This document shows, piece by piece, positions 12,805-25,352 of a stretch of 64,000 nt of DNA; position 1 is the stretch's first letter; every line of letters begins with the position of its first letter. Both the position numbers and the translations under genes were made by a program. Source of the DNA: Lama guanicoe (Eukaryota); the NCBI GenBank assembly GCA_013239625.1, contig MU053934.1, forward strand, positions 2,163,031 through 2,227,030, written 5' to 3'. Under the pieces are notes generated by a model. The model saw only the letters and a list, made by a program, of their open reading frames with translations, did not search any database and was not told the origin of the DNA.

Positions 12805-14339
12805 GGTGCCAGCAGCGGGGTGTCAGCGTCGTCACTTCAGCTCACGGATCTGCGTCAGGCTGGAAGGAGGTGTGGCTTCACCCTTGGGCAAGAGAAGACA
12901 GATTGTGGACTGGAACATGAGTGAGCCCTGGCAACAGGGAGCAGCGAAGGGACAGGTCTCTGTCTATTCCCCCATGATGGCCACCAGCGCCACAGTGGAC
13001 TCAACCCAACGTCTTTCTCTGTCTACTGGGCTCTGCTGGTGGCTCTTCAGGGAAAGTTCCTCACATCATGCAGCTCCCTCCCAGCCAAGTCAGAGTCCTG
13101 TTGTCCTGTTGGGGCCCAAGGAGAGGTTATTCAGACAATAGATGGGCACCTGGGAAGTTGTAGAAGCAATAAAACCAAACACAGAAGAACAGATAGGAAG
13201 GGAATACTCTGCAAATTACGTGAGGGTGGGAGCAGCTGTGGTAACTACTTGGTAATAGTTAATACTGCTCATATGACGCGCTGAGGAAACTCACTTAAAC
13301 TTAGCTTAGCCCAAGTTTTCCCACTGGTGTTGCAGCCCGAACTTGAACCCAAGGCTTTCTGACCCAGATCCCCCAATTATGATGACTGTGCTCTACTCCC
13401 TTTAATGACCGATAACATTTATTCATGGATATATGCTTATTGGTAAATGACTCTTCTCATTCTAAAACTGTCTTTTTTATATAAACTTACTTTACTGAGA
13501 TATAAATTACCTACAGCAAAGGGCACAAGTCTTCAGGGTACACCTGGATTAGATTTACCTATGTTAATTCTGTAACCAGCAGCCACATCAAGAAATCAAA
13601 CATCCCAGCAGCTCCTCCAAATTCTCCTGTTCCCTCTTCCCAGGCAGTATTGTGCCACCCAAAGGTAACCGCAATGCTCACCTCTACCACACTGCATTAA
13701 CTTGCCTGTTTTTCACTTTTATAGAAATGGGGTCACACAGTGTACACTCTTCTCCGAGGTATTCTATTTGATGAATTCACTACATTTTATTGATCTGTTC
13801 TCTGAATAGATATCTGAGGTGCTTCAGTTTGGGGGCTATTATAAATAAAGCTGCCATGGAAATGCTTGTACAGATCTCTTGTGTGGACTTCTGCACTGTT
13901 TCTGCTGGATAATTCCCCGGAAGTGGACCTGCTTGCTCCCAAGTTACCTACAACACTGGAGCACACACTGGTAGACAATTTTCCAAAGAGGTTGTGCTTA
14001 CTGCTTTCTGCATCTCTGAGCTATTCCGACAGTTACGCTGTGTGTTAGTTTTCATGTGTCTGTATCCCAGTTCCCGTGGAGCTCCTTGAGCAGAGGTTCG
14101 TATGTGATCAATACATAGATTCGACTTATAATTAAATATTTATAGTACTTATGAGAAAAAATTGAAATGCATTCATACAGCATGGTGGGGGATGGGGGTA
14201 AGGAATCTCGTTTTTACAACTTGCTATTGTTAAATTGATGTGTAGTCGATTTACAATATTTGTTTCAGAATTACAGCAAAGCGGTTGTGTTATACATACA
14301 CATACATATATGTCCATATTTTCAGATTCTTTTCCATTA

Positions 14340-14970
14340 TGAGACAGGAGAGAATAGAGCAGGGCACAGCCAATCAAGGAATGACAGCAACAAAAATGGT
14401 GGAAGATTCACTTTGTAGTTGGCCTTGAGGATTAAGAAGTTTCACTTCTACTTGACTTTGATGTTCATTATGTGCTCATTGTAACAGCGTGATCAAATAA
14501 CATGTCAGCAGGAGCCATGACAGCCCCCAGGCTAACTGCAAAAGGCCAAAGAATGGGCGGTGGCCCAACCCCTGGGAATCCCAGCCTCTTCCCCAGGGCA
14601 GTTGGATTGATGCCACCTGTAGGCGTGTGAAGCTACTGAGACCACGAAAAGTGACACAACTCAGCCTGGTGGCCCTTTACGCTCTCTCTCCCCTTTGCAG
14701 ACGGCCTGTGCTCTGTCTATGGAATGTGTGCCTACTTTTACTTTAACCTGAGCACCCGATTCCCACACCTCTTTCCTTGCCTTTCTCTTGCCTTACACTC
14801 CATGCAGTACATAGCTCTCTAAACAACTCTACGTTTACTCAATGGTGGCTCGCACTTGAATCCTTTCCTGCGCAAAGCCAAAGACGCACACTTGGCGGGA
14901 CACGTCCCAGGGGCTCAATGGTGACCTGGGACTCGGCCCTCCTCAGTCCCACATCTGATTTTCTGCATCA
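14340..14970 (+). mobile_element. Solo LTR in APOL copy A intron
   Basis: TG...CA ends, about 630 bp, flanked by atta/ataa (attg/atta in copy C), consistent with a 4-bp ATTA target duplication. The copy B and C homologues show AATAAA. Confidence 0.7.
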
Positions 14971-17900
14971 ATAATACCTTTGGAGTTTGGGATTAATAGA
15001 AACACATTACTAAGTATATAACAGATAAACAACAAGGACCTCCTCTACAGCAGAGGGAACTGTATTCAGTTTTTTGTAAGAAGCTATAATTGAAAAGAAT
15101 CCAAAATTATGTCTTGCACACTGTGCTGAAGTTTCTGCCTGGATGAATTTCCTGGTGCTACAGTTTTCCAAAGCCCATGCCCTCCTTGCTTTGCAAGGTC
15201 CTTCATATCACAAGATCCTGTGGTCCCACTGGGCCCAGGTGCAATTCCTGAGGTCCCGCCGGAGCTGCTGAGCTCCACTGAGGGTGCCCGGTGCTATCTG
15301 CTGTCCTCCCCTAACTGTTGTAGCTTCGGTTTCTAATTGTATAGGTAAGTAATAGTGCAAAGGACACTCTTCTTGTATAAAACTTTGCCTGCATTTGATT
15401 TCTTTAAGCTATTTCTAGAAATAGAATGACTGGGTCAGAGGGTTGGACATCTAGTGATTTTTCATTTTGAGGCACTTATGCAAAAAAATTGTGCCAATTT
15501 TTATTCACATTCAAAATATATGATATTGGCCATCCTGTGTCTTGCCAGTCCATTATTTTCTTTTAGAGCAGATCTTTACATAGACAGAAATTTTTGTTTC
15601 TGTTTGTGACAACCTTGCCTTGGGAGGTGAGGAAAGAAAGCAAATGTTGGTGACATTTTGGCAATTTTTAAGATGGCAAAAGGGCAGTTCTCAACTACCC
15701 CTCCTGGGCCCTGACTGAAATGAGGGTAAAGGTCCTGACAGGTGTAATGAGAGCCCAGGATAAGGCTGGCTGTGTTTGTGGTCTTTGCTCTGCACCGCTC
15801 CCTCCCCTGGAAAGCCTCCCCCTCCTCACCACCTGACAGGTTACCTGTCCTGGAGGCCCCGCCCCCAGGCCCCGCCCCTGCTGCTGCCCCAGGGGCTCTC
15901 CCTGCTCCCCTTGCAGGTTGGGCTTTCCTAGTTGTGCTTCTGTTTGTGTTGAGTTTCTCCACTGCACCTCCTGCTCCAGGGCCTCAGGGGCACCTTCTGG
16001 GGCGCAGCCAGGCTAAAATATGGGTGGTGGGACCCAGCACTTAGACAGGAAGCAACCAGCTCCTCCATGCAATAGCNNNNNNNNNNNNNNNNNNNNNNNN
16101 NNNNNNNNNNNNNNNNNNNNNNNNNNNNNNNNNNNNNNNNNNNNNNNNNNNNNNNNNNNNNNNNNNNNNNNNNNNNNNNNNNNNNNNNNNNNNNNNNNNN
16201 NNNNNNNNNNNNNNNNNNNNNNNNNNNNNNNNNNNNNNNNNNNNNNNNNNNNNNNNNNNNNNNNNNNNNNNNNNNNNNNNNNNNNNNNNNNNNNNNNNNN
16301 NNNNNNNNNNNNNNNNNNNNNNNNNNNNNNNNNNNNNNNNNNNNNNNNNNNNNNNNNNNNNNNNNNNNNNNNNNNNNNNNNNNNNNNNNNNNNNNNNNNN
16401 NNNNNNNNNNNNNNNNNNNNNNNNNNNNNNNNNNNNNNNNNNNNNNNNNNNNNNNNNNNNNNNNNNNNNNNNNNNNNNNNNNNNNNNNNNNNNNNNNNNN
16501 NNNNNNNNNNNNNNNNNNNNNNNNNNNNNNNNNNNNNNNNNNNNNNNNNNNNNNNNNNNNNNGGGAGGAGGAGGAGGAAGAAGCAGCAAAATGCTTCTAA
16601 TCAATCAACAGTCAGTCCTAACGGGATCTAAATGTAAACAAGAAAGAAAAAACTAGCAACATACTGGAAGAAATATCAAAAATAACATTACTTTAAAACA
16701 ATTAAGAAATAACTAAATAATAATAATAATAACATTCCTTTGAGAAAATCTTTCTACTCAAGAGACAAATACCAGAACCCATAGAAGAAAGTCCAAGCTA
16801 TTTGACATTAAAAATGAAAAACTGCAAAACATGCCATGAACCAGGTCCAAATATGATGTGAGACCAGGAGATCTCACAATACTTGCAGTGGATGGAGGGA
16901 AAGCTCCACACCGCACGGAGAGACAATAAATCCGCATGAAAGACTGAAACCAATATTTAAAATATGGGGACCTTTGAGAAAGTGGAGGAAATTGTTGGGC
17001 TTCACCATTTTGTTTTTGCCCTGCAGAAAATAGACTTTGTCCGTTGAGGATATGTTTCCGTCGCTCTTCTGTACAAGTGTGCCGGCTACCAGAAACCCCG
17101 TTGCACCGGCATGACTTTATGTGGACTGTGGGTTGCAGAACTTAATTAAATATCTTTATGCGCCGTGGCCTGGTTACCATAAGTGGCCCCTGATAAGCAT
17201 GCAGATTGGATCCCAGGGATGCACGGACTGGATAAACACAGTCTCACAGTCGCACAACTGGATGGGGGCCTAGACTCGAATTGACGTGAGGATTAAGCAG
17301 GTCTTTACTCAGAGACATGAGGTGAGATCACCCCCTTTGGAGACCCCAAAGATCTAGTGACTATACAATCAGACTCAGCTTGACCCCAGGATGACAACAG
17401 ATGTCACCCAGGACGGCTACAGCTCCAGTGTCAGAGCCAAGGCCAAAATCTGTTCCAAGGCAAATTCAGTCACTGTGAAGGCAATGACAACTCACTGGGA
17501 TAGTCACCTGAAAATGGCTCAGGAAAGTGTGTGTCAGATGCCACCAGCATCACCTGGTGGGGACTGGAAGGGTCAGCAGGAAGAGGCACAGGGCCACCGC
17601 CCCCACTGACCCCTGCCCCACCCCATCTCTCCATCGCGTGGGGAGGGGTGTGTGGCTCTGAGATGCTGGACATTAGGAGTTGTGTGTTCCAGAGCAGGGA
17701 CCCACCTCCACCTGCCTGTTGTCCCTTTGTAGAAGGACACTGGGAATTAGTAGGAAGCTTCCAACTGAGCACGTGACAATGGGGACATTAGAGGTCATCC
17801 CAGCAGCTAGCAGAGACAGGCACCTCAGGCGGCAGAACACAGGGAACGGCCCTCCATGCTGACCTCAGGGGTGACCTCACGGGAACGGGTCTCAGCCCCT

Positions 17901-18464
17901 CGTTGCCAGGCTGCCAGCATCACTCACTGGACAGTCCTCTTGGTCTCTCCTCAGGGGGAAAATCAGGCCCTGAGTGAGTTATCAGTTGCAACCTCAGGAA
18001 GGTTCAGAACTAAGGATAAAGATGACAGATAAAATCAGCCCATCATTTTAATACTTTTATGTTGAAGTCAAGACAAATATGTGTTCATTCCCGTGTACTG
18101 CTAATGTTGAAGAGAAGTGGACACATCCTCAGTGATAACAGCAGATTTCGGATTCTAACTTACAACAGGGAATGGAGTAACTGATTTGGATGAGCGACTT
18201 TACACTGAAAGGCACTCAGCTGGTTACTAGGATGTTGTAAATGAGCTTTTCCCAGAGAGAAGAGCCTCAAGGTCATCAGACCCCAAACCAGGAGGGCGAG
18301 GGGTGGGGGTTGGTGGAGAGGAGGCTGTGACAGCCACACCAGCGGGCATCTCCGCGACGTATGCAGGGGCGGCCACTAACCTGTATCCTCCTGGCAGTTA
18401 GGACACTGAAGATATCCTTGTCTGATGTCCCAGTTGTGCCTAAACATGGCCTTAAAAATAACAG

Positions 18465-19700
18465 CATCCAGTCTCTGGGGCAAACAGTATGACAGCGCCT
18501 CAAACAATTAAATACAGAAGTGCCATGTGATCCAGCAATTCCTCTTCCGGGTTTAGACCCCAGAGATATGAAAGGAGAAACTTTTTTTTTCTTTTGAAAG
18601 GCATTTTGTTTTCTATCTAGGAGGTAATTAGGTTTATTTATTCACTTAATGGGGCAGAGAGGACTGAACCCAGGACCTCACCCATGCCACACACGTGCTC
18701 CCCCACTGAGCTGTACCTTCCCCACTGAAACCAGAGTCTTCAACAGAAACTTGTGACTCATGTTCCTGGCAGCACCTTTCACAAAGGCTAAAACATAGAA
18801 GCAACCGAAACTTCTATCAATGGATGAACAAGAAAAAAATGTGGTCTACACATACAGTGGAATATGATTCACATGAAAAATAAAGGGAATGCGGACATGC
18901 GGTACAACGTGGGGGAAAATGAAGAACACTACGCTCAGTGAAAGGAAACAGCCACTAAAGACAAAGACCATATGAGTCTCCATGTATGAGGCACCCAGGT
19001 TAAACCAAGTCCTAGAGACTAAAGGTAGGAAAAAACAAAACTAGAAAGGGAGTTCCCAGGGGCTGTGGGAAGTGGGAGGGTGTGAGTATTTTGGAGACAA
19101 AGTCTCAGTTTTACAAGATGAAAGGGCCATGGAGCTATGGATGGCGGTGACGGTGGCACAACCTTCTGAATGTATTCACCACGCAGCTGCACACTTTGAA
19201 ACTGCAAAGGTGCTAAATGAGAGATCACGCATATCTTACTTCATTAACCAATGAATTTGGAAAAAGAAGCCAGCCATAGCTCACGGTGAAAAAGAATGTG
19301 ACAATGAATATATGTACGTTCATGTATAACTGAACAATTGTCCGTTACACTAGGAACTGACACAATATTGTAAACTCACTATAACTCAACAACAACAACA
19401 AAAAAGAAGCCGCTCATACAGGGACAAACACGGATTCCTCTCAAACGCGGTCCATACAGTACCAGGTTCCTGAGGCCGGGGAGGGCAGTGGTGCTTCCCA
19501 GGGATGGAGGGCAGAGGGATGTGGAGTCAGTGTTTCATAGGGACAGAGTTTCAGGTTTTTTGTGAGATGTAAACATTCTGTGACTGCATGGTGGTGCTAG
19601 GCTCCCAAGATGTGAATGCCCTAAATGTCAATGACATGGACACTTAAAAAAGGTGAAATGTGAAATTTTGTTTGGTATATTTTACCACAATTACATTTGA
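18465..19700 (+). mobile_element. Old L1 fragments with a nested short L1 3' end (about 19272-19400); also present in copies B and C
   Basis: L1-like gatccagcaattcc and catacagtggaatat motifs. The short insert is flanked by a direct repeat AAAAAGAAGCC at 19261 and 19401. Confidence 0.65.
18581..18723 (-). mobile_element. tRNA-derived SINE, Vic-1-like (camelid), inside an L1 fragment
   Basis: Minus strand GGGGAAGGTACAGCTCAGTGG...GAGGTCCTGGGTTCAGTCC...AATAAATAAACCTAATTACCTCC followed by an A-rich tail. A and B boxes are visible. Confidence 0.75.
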
Positions 19701-19989
19701 AAAAGTAAATCCTTAAAACACAGCCTTTTTGGAAAACCACAATAGCACCTGAACCCTTTACCATCTGAAAGCATCTTCACACCCAGGACCGCATTTGCTG
19801 CAGCGGCCCTGAGATGCGAACAGTTACTGTCCTCTGCTTCACGAGGGGAGACTCAGATTCAGACCTGCCCCAGCCCTGGGAAGCTGGGCTGGGCTCTGAT
19901 TCTTGTTCTGCTCTGTTGTGTGGACTTTGCCATTTCTCCAGAGGGAGAGAAATCCTGAAACCCAAGGGTATTCCCTAAATCCTCTCTGT

Positions 19990-20376
19990 TAGCTAGTTAT
20001 TAAAGAAAAGGGCGCACTGAGCAGAAGCATGAATGTCCATGTTAAAAATAAAGATTAAACGCCCCCCGCCCTGGGACGCCCGTGCTGGTCCTCCCTGGGA
20101 GATGGGCCTCCCTTCCCAGGTACCAAGTGCACAGTGACTCGCTGTGGATGGGCTGCTCTGATCTGTTTTGTGAAACCTGGGTGGAATGTCTGTCTGAGTT
20201 GGTTGATATTCTTTGTTCAGACAAGGCATAAAACTTTGCTGAAAACCATGCTTCTCCAGAGCGCTTGCTCAGAGCTCCCTGAGAGGCTGCCTTCTGTGGA
20301 GTAGTTCTCAGTTTGGCTTAAAGAAAACTCTTTTCTCTTCCTATTATATGTCCTTTACTGATTATTCACATTGACA
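19990..20376 (+). mobile_element. LTR-like fragment in intron 1 (also at about 36392-36778)
   Basis: cataaaa TATA-like motif, ctcagagctccctgagaggctg...ctcagtttggcttaaagaaaactc U5-like tail ending in ...gaca. Confidence 0.4.
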
Positions 20377-21096
20377 CAAGTCTACAGATGGGAATTCTGT
20401 CCTAAGACTGCAAAACAGGAAACGTGCTGTGAGAATGTGCAGGGGGCCTCGCCCTTCCTCCCTCCGGGCCTCCTTCCCTCACAGCCCACCTCCCACAGCT
20501 CCCACCTCATGCAGTCCTGAGGGAGCGCCTGGGGCGCCCGGGAAGGCAAAGCCCCGCTGACTGCCTTCTTGGTCCCCTGTCCTCCCCTCTCAGGCCTCAG
20601 TTTCCCTCCAGGGGCACTGAGCAGGCCCTCAGAGACTGGGTGGTGGGAAAGACCTTAATTCCTTGTATCTCAGAATTAATCCTTGGCCCCCTGAGCCTCT
20701 ATGCACAGCCCCGGGGATGGCCTCGCTGTGGCCTGGCCACAAAGACATGGGACTCTGACTCCCCCTCCTCCACCTTCTCTGCTTCCTCCAAATTTCCCCA
20801 AGGACTGAGCCCTCAATATCCACCTCCCTTCGGGGTCACCACTCACGTCTCAGCCACCTGAGCAGTTGTCGCCCTCCCTCTGCTGTGTTTGGGGTACAGG
20901 GGGCGGGAGGAAGATGTCAGACCCCCCTGCCTCCACATCCAGGCTCTGCCCTGCTTACCCGGTGGTCCTGGGCCCCTCACCTCCTCTCCCTCAGATTCCA
21001 TTTCCTTGTTCTCTCAAAACACTGACAATCAGCGAGTGACCAGCACCCTCTTCTCAGAGAGTCGTGCTGAGGATGGGGAGACGGGGGTCTGCTTAC

Positions 21097-21200
21097 CCAG
21101 GAGTCTCGCTCTGGCTGAGTGTAGCTGCGCGGATCACCAGCTGTGCGTCTGCGTAATAAGCAGACACCGCGTCCTCGGGGCCCAGATATATCTCTAAAAT
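21097..21200 (-). other. APOL: APOL copy A non-coding first exon (5' boundary approximate)
   Basis: Minus strand reads ctttcactttccctttggattttagagatatatct...gtctgcttattacgcagacgca...ctcctgg|gtaagc. This closely resembles my recollection of the human APOL1 mRNA 5' end and ends in a strong donor. Confidence 0.7.
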
Positions 21201-21205
21201 CCAAA

Positions 21206-21219
21206 GGGAAAGTGAAAGC
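21206..21219. promoter_or_regulatory. IRF-E/ISRE-type element in the APOL copy A promoter
   Basis: GGGAAAGTGAAAGC fits the GAAANNGAAA consensus and lies just upstream of a GATATATC TATA-like motif and exon 1. Confidence 0.75.
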
Positions 21220-24200
21220 CCTGGATCCTGAGTTGCTCACAGGACAGACTAAGCCCACCAGGCCCCACCCGAGGCTACGGCCTCCCTCCTCACCGACTGC
21301 TTAGAGAAACAACCCAAGACCTGACGTTCCAGATCCTTCTAGCTTCAGTCCATCCTGTCTCCATCTCTGCAAAGGGCCACATGCCACCAACAGACTGGAA
21401 GGCCCTGGGCAAATCACTCCTTGACCCTGCCAGCTTCCTCCCAGCCCCCTCTACCCTCTCCAGTCCCCACACTCCCCAGCCCGCCTGCTTTATACATCTT
21501 CGTGCCACCAGCACTTGGCACAGTCCCCGAACATACCGGAGGCTCACTGCACACCTGTCATGTTGCTGCTGCTAAATGCCACGCTCATGCGATTCACACT
21601 AAGCGTTTGCTCACTCAGGTCTTTCTGCCAGAACACCTGCTCCTACAGCTGGAAAAGTCAGGCTCCTGCTCCAAAGCCCAAATCTGGCATCACTTCTTCT
21701 GAGAAGTCCTCCAGGACCTTCCTCAGCAGAGTCCCCTGCTCTGCTCCCATGGTACCTGGGAGAGGGGCCTGAACACCACCTCAGCTAGTGTGTGCATGCC
21801 CCCCACCTCTTGATCACGTCCCTGTAGGCCTGGCCCTGCTGGCAGGGACAGCATCGGTGCCTTGGATCCCACTGACCCACCCGAGGCGCCCCATCCTTGG
21901 TGGTCAGTGCCATTTGGATGGCTGCACAGGGTTGGGGGAAGGGCTGAGGGCACAGTGGTCTTTTACCCTGAGCTCATTGCCACTGCGAAACACACCTTGT
22001 TCTCTGCAAATGGAGGATGCTTACCAGAGAGTCAGTGTCCTGGGAACTCAGCAAAGTCTAAAACAGAAAGCCAGCCCTATTTCCTGTTTGGTTCCCCCAG
22101 CAAAGAGCCATTGGGGATGGAGGGCTGAGGGTGTGCCGGATGCTGTGCTGTCACATACATACAATTTCCTATTTAACTCTAGGAATTGTCGGCCCCACCT
22201 CCAGGATAAACAAAGTGCGAAGTAATGGCCCCACAGCCTGTAAGTCGTACAGCTGGCTGTGGTCTCACTTTTCTGCTTTGGTCCGCGGAGCAGGGCCTGA
22301 GGGGGCCTGGACCCCACAGAGAGCCTGACCTTTCCTCAGGGCTGCTTCATCCCAGGAAACGTCCCTGGGGCCTCGTGACCACCCGCCCCAGCACTTGAGG
22401 GAGGGACAGAATAGTGATGGGTTGAGTCCACGAGGACCACACACTACAGTTTGGTGTTTAATCAGGCTGGAACACAGGCCAGGAATCTGATCGAATTTTG
22501 CACATAAGGAAGCCGTTGGGGAGGGGAGAGGCAGGGGCTCTCTGCCAGCAACTCAGGGGCTTCTGTTTGGCAGAAGAACAGCAACAGGTGATGTCTGGCG
22601 AAGGTCCATTTGTCCAAACCCCACAGACTCAAACTCCATCCCTGGGTGCTCAGAGTCCAGGCTGGAACGGGTGTCCTGGAGCACAGACACAGAGGGGCTC
22701 AGGGGACACATGTGCCGGGACCTGGCCCGCCGTCCTGCAGCAGGGGGCCCTGACTCCTACGGGAGCTGCTCGGGGCTTGAGGACGGCCTCCTCCCCCGGA
22801 GCACAGGGCACTAGAGACCCCACCCAAGGATGGCCCTTCCCAGGCTGGCGGCCTCGGCCACGTTCCTGGGCCCTGGGGCCACCTCCTCGTGTTCTCAGAG
22901 GGTGACAGCACTCAACTCGCAGAGGTGCTGTGAGGACCAACTGTGGGAACCCAGATGCCATTGCCTAACACGGTGAGGGCCCAGCCCAGCTGCACAGGTG
23001 TGAATGTTCCCATCGCTCAGAGGTACACTGAGTGGAATCAGCAGGGAAACGCTAGTATCCATGGGAGCCATGGTGACTGGTGGTCGTGGCCCCACCTGTA
23101 CCTCACAGGTACCTAGATACACGTGCAGATAGAGACATAGGGCTGTCAAGACTGAGAAAGCAGCCCAGTGGAGCAGGACGAGTTCAGGCACCGCGCTGAG
23201 GCCCTCCGCTCCAGCACAGAGCTTCAGGATGCAGTGGGTGGAGATTATCTGTATTTTCTTAATTGCCTCTTCACCATTGCATAAGCGATGGTTGGAACCA
23301 GGACCAGTAAGGAGAGTCTTCTTGTGTGTCTACTCAGTGCATGTGTGTACACAGGCAGCCCCAAATCTGGTGCCTCTTCAACTGAAACTTTCCCCCAAGG
23401 TCTGCGTCCCTATTACTCATTTTCTCCCTCACTGCTTGGCCTGACAATTTGGTCCAAGGATACACTCGCCCGACCAGGCCATTCTGCCTCCTGGGAATTG
23501 CCGAGGATGGACCTAAGCCAAATGCTGGCAGGGCCTCAGGGGGCACAACAGGAACTCCTGGAGAAGGACCTGCCTGCGACCTGTGCTCCCAGAATGTGGA
23601 AGGTCTCCTGCTTCCTCCCGGTCTCTGACCTGCCCCAGGGCCCCTCCAAAGGACCCTCTTCTGCGCTTCCTTTGCCAGACTCCATTTCTGTTGGTTGTAA
23701 CCCGAGGACTCTCAGCTGACACAGCTGTGACCCGGGAACTACATCAGATGCACAGGGAGTGCACTGGGACTGAGCTGTCAGCGTTCAGGGGGAAGGCGAT
23801 GGGTACTGAATGACCCAAAGTCGCAGTGCCCTAAAGACAGTCCAAGTGGTGTCCAGCAGAGACTGACTTCTCCAAAGGCTGGTGTTAAGAATTGACGAAG
23901 CAATGAAACTCAGGATTCCAGTGGTCAGGCAAGCGGGTGCCCGTGACTGCTGACCTCTTCAGGAAGGAATGGAAGGTTCGATGGGGGCCCCAGGGGAACA
24001 CTGGCTAATTGGGAGGCAGAGGGACTGAGAAAAGTCTTCTAGTGGTTTTTACGACACAGAAGGCAGTGGAGCACGAGGTGGGTGACGCAGGAGATGTCCC
24101 GGATCTTTCTCAAGTGTCTCTGACCACCTGCCTGGGGCTCCAGGTGTGGGAGACTGTGTGGCTTTACATGCTCCACACGTGGGAACACAGAGAGTCCGTG

Positions 24201-25269
24201 CCCAGTAGAGCAGGCCTGGGGGCTGCGGGAGAGCAGTGCTCAGATACTTCCTTCTTTTCTCCCTGGAAAGGCTGAATCTGAGGCCACTGAAGGCAGGCTC
24301 CTCAGAAAGTACTGGCAGAGTGCATTCCCCACGTGGGTGATGAATTCTAGAGAATGGCCTTGTGTTGACTTTCTCTCCTCCCCTGTTTCATTTCCCCAGC
24401 CCTTCCACGTCCTGCTCACAGGGATCCCTGAGCCTGGCCTCCAGCTCTGCCCTCAGGGGACCCCAGGCTACAGAGGTGACTGTGGGCTGCACACAGGCTT
24501 TGGGCTTCTGTGCTGAGAGTAACGGGAAGCCGCTGAAGAGTCGGAAGCAGCCTGCTTGCTAAGATCGTTCTTTTTAAATGTCATTGGAGCCCACTGTGGG
24601 GAGTAGATGGAGGGCAGGGCCAGGGCCACCTGTGTAAACAAAGTGAGACCCTTTGTAGAAGCTCTTGCAGGAGTCTGGGTGAAACGTGAAGGTAGCCTGG
24701 GGGAGGCTGTGCGCTCTCTGGCTGTCTCTCTCTGCCCCTCTGTTCAGGGCTGACGCTGTCTCCTACCTGCAAAGAAGCCCTTCTGATCGAAATCAGTCTG
24801 CGTGCCATGTATCAGTCCTGGGTCCCAGGCGCTGGATGGGGAACATACCTGAGCTCAGCCCAAGCCAGACGTGCACGGGCTTCCCCCAGAGGTCCCCGTG
24901 GGGCCTGTGGGTATCTGGGTCTGAGGGAAGTGACTGGATGGGAGGGCATGAGCCCAGCGGGCTAGCAAGAGGAGTGATGGACAACTTACTCCCTGAGATC
25001 CTGGAAGACAGGCTCCTGGGAAGGGCAGTCAGACACCCAGAGCCCAGGTGACCCAATAATTAACAAAGAAATGCTCAAGAATCAGTACATATTTACTGAA
25101 GCCTAAGCTACAGAACACAAAGTGGGGAGAGCCAGAGGGATCTGGAATATCTTGTTCCGCACCACCCCCAACTGATGCAGAAGCTGAAACTCAGAGAGGC
25201 TGCATGTCTTGGCCGCAAGCTGGTTGACCTCCTTCACACCAAACAAAGTTCCTTGTCCTGGATCTTTGG

Positions 25270-25352
25270 TTTCCTTTCTCTTTCTTTCCTTCCTTCCTCC
25301 CTCCCTCCCTCCCTTCCTTCCTTCCTTTCTTCCCTCCCTCCTTCCTTCTTTT
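25270..25352. repeat. Pyrimidine-rich (TTCC/CCCT)n microsatellite
   Basis: Directly visible; much less developed at the equivalent positions in copies A and C. Confidence 0.85.

Noticed and set aside
13060..13095. Minus-strand GAGGGAGCTGC resembling the human APOL1 signal-peptide exon start
   Set aside because: The match is short, the ATG is absent, and downstream in-frame stops would block it.
16020..16631. Long ORFs here and at 52345-53546 and 62178-62699
   Set aside because: Artefacts of translating through N gaps.
21300..25000. Many 60-140 aa ORFs repeated at 37.7-41.4 kb
   Set aside because: The similarity comes from the segmental duplication. Frames and stops are not conserved and there are no protein motifs.
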